Of a stretch of DNA of 35,134 bases, positions 29,701 to 35,134 are shown piece by piece (the stretch's first letter is position 1; each line of letters starts with the position of its first letter). The stretch is from a virus (taxonomy: Duplodnaviria; Caudoviricetes): the IMG/VR virus record IMGVR_UViG_3300008085_000072, positions 1-35,134 of that record; one strand, written 5' to 3'. Under the pieces are notes generated by a model. That model had not been told where the DNA came from. It searched no databases and saw only the letters and a program-made list of their open reading frames with translations. Position numbers and translations under genes: made by a program.

Positions 29701-30422
29701 CTGATGTAATACCTGCCGGATTTGATGTGGGTGATACCAAGGTACCAGGGGATCAAATAGTTCGAGATCAAGAAGAATTTACATTTGCTATTGGTAGAGA
29801 CGGAATTGATTTTTTGTGGCAGCATTTTGCTCCAATTGACCAAAGAATTGATCCATCCAGAAGCAATATAATTGATTTATATACCCTAACGTCAGAATAT
29901 GATTTCCTTATTAGGCAATATCTTAATTCCGACGAGACCGATGAAATAGAACCACAAGCCCCAAGTTCCACACAACTTGCAATACAATACGGTGAGTTAG
30001 AAGAAGTACGTATGATTTCGGATCAAATTATTTGGCATCCCACCAAGTATAGATTACTTTTTGGTATTAGAGCCGAAGAAGAATTACGAGCAAGATTCAA
30101 GGTAGTTAAATTATCCTCCGCCACGTTAAGTGATGGGGAAATTAGAGCACAAATTATTGCAAGAACAAACTCATATTTTAACGTAAATAACTGGGATTTT
30201 GGCGATACCTTTTATTTCTCAGAATTAGCAGCATTCATACACCAAGGGTTAGCATTGCAGATAGCATCTATCGTACTAGTTCCTGTCAATGATAATTCAA
30301 GATTTGGTAACTTATATGAAGTTAGATCAGAACCAGATGAAATTTTCATAAGTGCAGCCACAGTAAATGACATAGACATAATACCGGTAAATACAGAAAC
30401 AGCTTTAAGAGTTAATAGATAA
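26796..30422 (+). CDS. gp6: Baseplate wedge subunit gp6-like (1208 aa)
   Basis: SYDFDTIRQSL, ENFVDTAERRESI, FSDGRFG and QNRMVSGEDY motifs; follows gp25. Confidence 0.88.
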   Translation: MSQSVRQSNLFAAEDWRRIYRAFLKVNFTSYDFDTIRQSLVEYIRINYPEDFNDFIDSSEFITIIDLLAWLGQSLAYRVDLNVRENFVDTAERRESIIRLANLLSYSPKRNQASQGFLKIIGVRTTSDVIDSNGTNLNNIRINWNDPNNPDWAEQFVLIMNNAFLTSNKFGQPVQQGTDQNNVRTQVYQLNTTVLSNPGIFGFTSNIDGISVPFENVNISYSDENGFEERAPNPFDTWHLLYRNDGQGNQSKNTGFFTYFKQGTLQFQDFNIEIPVENRVLDINTNNVNEDDVWVQTINDDGSVDTNWVKVPSVANSNIIYNNVPRKERNIFSVETRINDQISIRFSDGRFGNVAFGLTRVYHRASIGQRLTINPNNIQNVAISIPYITQNNLRKTLTLFLSLQETITNGSVAENNQDIAINASQVYYTQNRMVSGEDYNVFPLSNPGILKVKAINRTYSGHNRFIDINDPTGSFQNTNVIGDDGIVYREIDNIRQEVLSSDNLTPEQILSVTINNIFSNQVFKNFMIDAILNYAPLCPEYNKLFVPSLPFPEELMWDRVTGTNASSTGRFVSSINALPVSPTVNAINVGLATPAGNALDLILEGSLLKFRNAGWVAVDSILDNGVGSSNGFTNGFGNIRLKESVEEGDIVEYVLPPIRYTLSTDEIESIRLQLEANATFGVFYNISSQRWEILNSPVNGFLDSFNYCDTANKWMVLFENKSSGGVLWVITARGIKYIFESEEDVRFFFINRFRTVSKETGQSRTDEITVFKTNPTLEADVGTKNIFSKTTQYFVGNIVNYNNTLYQAIVINGPGLFNPSQWLSVCPSLGRDIAITLIDNFTYPDGYIEPRRVEVSFRDTDQDGIVDDPTIFNNLIFGNADPLTITANNIVFWERYISYDGYENLRPISNVKRFVENSLQSAINLMNDNYVNLATRASWNNGDIAVAIDETTLEGQIYRFRLDNVYQSSDVIPAGFDVGDTKVPGDQIVRDQEEFTFAIGRDGIDFLWQHFAPIDQRIDPSRSNIIDLYTLTSEYDFLIRQYLNSDETDEIEPQAPSSTQLAIQYGELEEVRMISDQIIWHPTKYRLLFGIRAEEELRARFKVVKLSSATLSDGEIRAQIIARTNSYFNVNNWDFGDTFYFSELAAFIHQGLALQIASIVLVPVNDNSRFGNLYEVRSEPDEIFISAATVNDIDIIPVNTETALRVNR

Positions 30423-33400
30423 TGGTAAACTTAAATAGAAATTTAACACAAACTAATCCATCAAATCCCGATGAAATCACAATCGTCAAAAGAAGACCAT
30501 TAGAATTTTTACCAGCAATATTTCAAACCGATGTTTTGCGAAAATTCTTTGCATCATCGCTAGACCATGCGTTTCAACCACAAATTTCAGAAGAATTAAC
30601 AGGATATATAGGTGGAATAACTTCGTATTATGACCCAATCCGTGATTTTTATTTAGCCGAACCAAATGATACTAGAGCAAATTATCAGTTAACGCCAATT
30701 TTAGTAAGTCGTAATTTAAAAAGCAATGAACTACAAAATCAACTGTATTATGATGACTTAATAAATTATATAAGATTCAAAGGCGGCAATACAGATAACC
30801 ATAATAGATTGTTCGAACAAGAATATTATAGTTGGTTACCTCCAATAGATATTGATAAATTTATGAATTTTAGAGATTATTTTTGGATGCCTCTTGGCCC
30901 AGAAACATTAATTGTAGATGCGCCGTCAAACATTTATCAATTTCTAGGAGAAAAAGAAGGTACTGTCATTGTTGATGGTCAATCAATAGCACTTTCAAGT
31001 GGAATGAAATTATTCATTGTAGACGATACTAATTATGAATTAAACGGAACTGAGGTAATAGTTGAAGGAGTTGGACGAGAAATAATATTTGTTTCGGATT
31101 TAACTATTGTTTCTGGTTGGGATTTGGTTGCATGGGATACAACCAGTTGGGATGCAGTAGGAAACGTATTCTTTACTCCGGATTACACAACCATAGAACG
31201 CGGATGTAGTGATAATAACCAATGGAGCGTATCTAATCGTTGGTTTCACAGAGATGTAATTAAGAATTTCTTTACTACATCTCAGCCAAAAACACAGGCT
31301 TCTAGACCCATAATTGAATTTGAGCGAGATATAGAATTATGGGGATTTGGCGATGTTAGCCGCGGTACTGTTGATTTAGTTATTACAGCATGTACTAATT
31401 TTTATAATGTCATGCAGGGGCTGAATCCCGGCTGGGCCGCAAACCCTTGGTCGCAGGAAGATATAGGATGTGGCATACTATTGTCGGGCTGGGATAGTAT
31501 TTGGCCGCTGCAATCAACCGGATTCAGCGAAATATATGTTGTTGATGAATTTGGCGTACCAGTCCAAATAAGAGATGGAATGCGTATTTTATTAATCGAC
31601 GACCAAGACCCTGGCGCGCGAGGAAAAATAGTTGAAGTTACCGGTATCGCTATTAATGGTTCAATAATTTTACAATTCGTCAATAACGGTCTTGATCCAG
31701 TAGCCAATCCGGTATTTGGCGAAACCGTTTTATTTAACTCGCCTTCCGGATTAACCAGAGTATATTATTTTAACGGCATTGATTGGGTGGTTGGCCAAAC
31801 CAAAGAAAGAAGCAATCAACCGCCCACATTTATGTTATATGATACGAATAATATCAGGTTAAGTGATTTAAGTGTATATCCTGCATCAAATTTTGACCAA
31901 TTAAACGGAAGTGAAATATTTGAATACAACGTTGACGATGATATTAATTCAATATTAGATCCAATATTGGGATTAAGGTTAATAAGAAATAATTTTGATG
32001 AAATTACCTTTAAGAATACATTGGTTGAAAAAAGATTCAGCTATATTGATTCAGCAACCAAAGAAAGTATCCCAATAGATGGGTACTATTTCTGGCGGAT
32101 TAAAAATCAAGATAAAAATAAAGAAAAATTTAGCAATAACTGGCATTTAGTCCCAGAAAAATCAAAACAATTTTATGTTCAACGTTTTACAACTATTGCT
32201 GGTTTAGTAGAATATCCATTAGATATTCTACCTTCATTGCCATATACTAAACGAAACAGCACTATCAAGGAAAGTATTATTGCAGAACTTGACGGTCAAA
32301 AATTAGTTTTAAATGTTGATTACACGATTGATACCTCAAATAAACTGTTAATACTAACTAATTCAACAACCAATACACAAATACTTATTATTAGAATACT
32401 TAGTGACGAAACACCTGTTAATGGTTCTGGCTCTTATTCTATTCCATTGAACTTAGAAGCAAATGCAGATAACGGAGAAGTTGGAATAGCAGGATTTAAC
32501 CAATTGTTTGAACACTTTTATTCAAATATTGAAGGGCAATTGAATTTGATTGGTAGTCAGTTTAGTAGAAATAATTATAGAGACACCAGTAAATCAAAAT
32601 ATTTTGGCGAGGCAATACTCCAACATACTGCGCCGTTGTTAAAAACCATGCTTATTGCTGCTGATACCAATATAGATATAATTAATTCAATCAAATATTC
32701 TGAAAGAGAATACGTACGATTTAAAAATAAATTCATACAAAAAATCACAAATTTTTATAATTCAGGTGAATTAACAGAATTTGATACTTCTGATCCAAAT
32801 TCAAACACAGTAGATGAATGGATAAATCAAGCATTGGAAGAAATAAACATTGCTAAAAACGATGAATTTCCGTTTAAAAATACCGGAGCAGGCCGAATAA
32901 CAGAAATACTAACTGAAAGAACTTTTATTCCACCAACTCCTGCATATTTGGGCATTACGCCGGTGTATGAACCAAAATACTACATAGATGATACATATGA
33001 AATTCCGGTAAGATTTATAGAAGGGCATGATGGCAGTTTAACTCCCACTTTTGACGATTTTAGAGACAATGTTTTATTGGGATTAGAGAATAGAATTTAT
33101 AATTCTATTTTAGATAAATTTAAAACAGAAAAATTACCCAATCTTTCAAAATTTGATGTATTGCCTGGTAAATTTAGAAAAACAACATATTTACGAGAAG
33201 AAACATTAAAAATACTACAACCAAATTTTGAATTATGGGTAGCACAGGCCGGTGTAGATTATAAAACCAATAACGGTGTTGTTGAAAGTGAATTTGGATT
33301 AAATTACCGTTTAGTAAGAGATAGAGACGGCGAGGAATTACCGGGCAGTTTTAGAGGAATTTATGATTGGTATTATGATACTGACCGGCCGCACATAACT

Positions 33401-35134
33401 CCCTGGGAAATGTTGGGGTTCAGTATTAAACCAACTTGGTGGGAAACCGAATACGGCGTGGCGCCATATACTTCCGGCAACACCAAATTATGGAGCGATT
33501 TAGAAGAAGGATTAGTTAGACAGGGACCCAGAGCAGGGTATGATTCACGATTCACTAGATCCGGATTAAGCAAATATATACCTGTGTCAACCACTGGTGA
33601 ATTGTTAACACCCAACCAAATAGGTATGTTAGAACGTTTCCCAAACAACATTGAAGGATTGGCCGATTGGGCGTTTGGCGATAGAGGCCCAATTGAATCC
33701 GCATGGACCAAAAGTGAATTTTATCTATTCGATTTATTACAGGCATATTTCCTATTAAGCCCCAACAAAACAATTGAATTGAACTGGGACAATAACGAAG
33801 TTTCCAGAGTTTACGAACGATTTACTGATAATACAGATGAACAAATTATTTATGATTCGTATAAATTACGTCCTGAAAATAAAAATGTAGTAATGCATGA
33901 TGAAACAATCGATACAGCAGAATCTGTTACAAAAAACAATAATCTATTATTTTTTAACGATTTATTCAGAGGTTTTGGTGTTCAACAATATATTTCAAGT
34001 TATTTGGAATCACAAGGAAAAAGTATTAGTCCCAATTTTGGTGATTTAATAAGAGGTGTGGGGGTACAACTAGGGCACAAAGCAGCGGGCTTTATCGATC
34101 AAGAAACACTAAGATTAGATAGCGATAGTTTTGGCAGAGTGCCCGTTGAAAACGTTGAAATAGCAGTATTAAAAACCAATTCAATAAAAGAAACTTTTTA
34201 CGGCGGCGTAATTGTAGAAAAAACAAACAAAGGGTATAAAGTATATGGATATGATTTATTAGATCCAGTATTCAATACTATTCCGGGAGATACGCAAGGT
34301 AAAAAAACAAAAGTAGGCGTTGGCATTAACGGCAATCCTTTTGAAAATTGGAACCAACAAACAAAATATGTAAGAGGTGATATTGTTTTTCTTGAAGCAA
34401 ATAACCAATTTTATAGATGTTTGACAGATCATATATCTACTGCGGTATTTCAATCAGACAAATGGCAACGGATTAACAAACCACCAACACAATACCAATT
34501 AAGTGTTATCAAATATTTAACACCGGTTCAAGGAAATCCAATTCAACGGGTTGAATACGGATCTGAATTGCAAACAGTTCAACAAGTATTCAATTTGCTA
34601 ATTGATTATGAAAGATATCTAGTTAATGAAGGATTTATTTTTGATACTGTCGTAGATGAAGCAAATGACACGTTGGATTGGACTTGGAGTGGTAAAGAAT
34701 TTATGAGTTGGGTGATTGGTAGCCCAGAAGAAGGTGATATAATTGCGTTAAGTCCATCATCGCAAAAAGTAAAATTTAAAACAGATTTTGGGCAGGTTGA
34801 GCCAATAGAACAAATTATCAGAGGCGTATATTCGTTGGTTAACCGAGACGGCGTTACAATTAACCCTAGAAATACAGTTGTATCAAGGTTAGAAGGCGAA
34901 GTCGAAATACGCCCAATAGATGATACAGATCCGGAGTTATTACTGTTCTCAACTAGGTTGTATGTAACAGAAATAGAACATAGCATATTAATAGCAAATA
35001 CCACCATTTTTAATGATATCGTTTACGATGCACTATTTAATATAAGACAACAACGTCTCAGATTGACTACAATAAGAGCGGGCGGGTGGCGTGGTAGATA
35101 TGATGCACCCGGGTTTATTATCACAGAAAATCAA
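30422..35134 (+). CDS. Giant virion structural/baseplate wedge protein (gp7 position), at least 1571 codons, truncated by the window end and missing from the ORF track
   Basis: TAATG overlap with gp6. Reads MVNLNRNLTQTNPSNPDEITIVKRRPLEFLPAIFQTD...PPIDIDKFMNFRDYFW...YYDTDRPHITPWEMLGFSIKPTWW; no stop seen in the segments I translated. Confidence 0.8.
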   Translation, partial: MVNLNRNLTQTNPSNPDEITIVKRRPLEFLPAIFQTDVLRKFFASSLDHAFQPQISEELTGYIGGITSYYDPIRDFYLAEPNDTRANYQLTPILVSRNLKSNELQNQLYYDDLINYIRFKGGNTDNHNRLFEQEYYSWLPPIDIDKFMNFRDYFWMPLGPETLIVDAPSNIYQFLGEKEGTVIVDGQSIALSSGMKLFIVDDTNYELNGTEVIVEGVGREIIFVSDLTIVSGWDLVAWDTTSWDAVGNVFFTPDYTTIERGCSDNNQWSVSNRWFHRDVIKNFFTTSQPKTQASRPIIEFERDIELWGFGDVSRGTVDLVITACTNFYNVMQGLNPGWAANPWSQEDIGCGILLSGWDSIWPLQSTGFSEIYVVDEFGVPVQIRDGMRILLIDDQDPGARGKIVEVTGIAINGSIILQFVNNGLDPVANPVFGETVLFNSPSGLTRVYYFNGIDWVVGQTKERSNQPPTFMLYDTNNIRLSDLSVYPASNFDQLNGSEIFEYNVDDDINSILDPILGLRLIRNNFDEITFKNTLVEKRFSYIDSATKESIPIDGYYFWRIKNQDKNKEKFSNNWHLVPEKSKQFYVQRFTTIAGLVEYPLDILPSLPYTKRNSTIKESIIAELDGQKLVLNVDYTIDTSNKLLILTNSTTNTQILIIRILSDETPVNGSGSYSIPLNLEANADNGEVGIAGFNQLFEHFYSNIEGQLNLIGSQFSRNNYRDTSKSKYFGEAILQHTAPLLKTMLIAADTNIDIINSIKYSEREYVRFKNKFIQKITNFYNSGELTEFDTSDPNSNTVDEWINQALEEINIAKNDEFPFKNTGAGRITEILTERTFIPPTPAYLGITPVYEPKYYIDDTYEIPVRFIEGHDGSLTPTFDDFRDNVLLGLENRIYNSILDKFKTEKLPNLSKFDVLPGKFRKTTYLREETLKILQPNFELWVAQAGVDYKTNNGVVESEFGLNYRLVRDRDGEELPGSFRGIYDWYYDTDRPHITPWEMLGFSIKPTWWETEYGVAPYTSGNTKLWSDLEEGLVRQGPRAGYDSRFTRSGLSKYIPVSTTGELLTPNQIGMLERFPNNIEGLADWAFGDRGPIESAWTKSEFYLFDLLQAYFLLSPNKTIELNWDNNEVSRVYERFTDNTDEQIIYDSYKLRPENKNVVMHDETIDTAESVTKNNNLLFFNDLFRGFGVQQYISSYLESQGKSISPNFGDLIRGVGVQLGHKAAGFIDQETLRLDSDSFGRVPVENVEIAVLKTNSIKETFYGGVIVEKTNKGYKVYGYDLLDPVFNTIPGDTQGKKTKVGVGINGNPFENWNQQTKYVRGDIVFLEANNQFYRCLTDHISTAVFQSDKWQRINKPPTQYQLSVIKYLTPVQGNPIQRVEYGSELQTVQQVFNLLIDYERYLVNEGFIFDTVVDEANDTLDWTWSGKEFMSWVIGSPEEGDIIALSPSSQKVKFKTDFGQVEPIEQIIRGVYSLVNRDGVTINPRNTVVSRLEGEVEIRPIDDTDPELLLFSTRLYVTEIEHSILIANTTIFNDIVYDALFNIRQQRLRLTTIRAGGWRGRYDAPGFIITENQ

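Noticed and set aside
19903-35007. Many short minus-strand ORFs within baseplate genes (other than the 25631..26200 exonuclease)
   Set aside because: Fully nested antisense to well-supported structural genes
1-35134. Stop-codon reassignment, as seen in some large phages
   Set aside because: Core genes are full length in the standard code with dense packing; TAG ends the exonuclease gene at a sensible position
18643-35134. Bacterial T6SS or extracellular contractile injection system
   Set aside because: Portal, gp55, gp46/47 and T4-type late promoters show this is a phage genome
1-35134. tRNA, rRNA or group I intron
   Set aside because: Intergenic gaps are short and AT-rich with no cloverleaf evident; the portal insert is in frame with intein motifs, not an intron

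Overview
This AT-rich window comes from a large T4-like (jumbo-type) myophage and reads cleanly in the standard genetic code. From left to right it carries: a truncated acidic prohead scaffold-like gene; a gp20 portal interrupted by a 419-aa HNH-type intein; two tandem paralogous tape-measure-like genes; a divergent gp26/gp51-like hub/tail chaperone; a Holliday junction resolvase; four small hypothetical genes; gp46/gp47 (Rad50/Mre11); a free-standing Hef-like endonuclease; a gp55 late sigma factor; and a late baseplate operon (nucleotidyltransferase, gp48/54-like, gp53, hub, gp5, gp25, gp6, and a giant wedge-like ORF running off the right edge). The most striking signal is a T TTT TTC slippery site that puts the chaperone in the -1 frame with its small downstream ORF, the lambda G/GT pattern. 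It sits back-to-back with two tape-measure paralogs, suggesting a dual-ruler tail-assembly module. Also notable: three predicted cell-wall hydrolase domains on the hub and spike, a conserved element upstream of late promoters, and palindrome-covered sigma70 promoters. All product calls come from motif recognition and gene order; no database searches were run.
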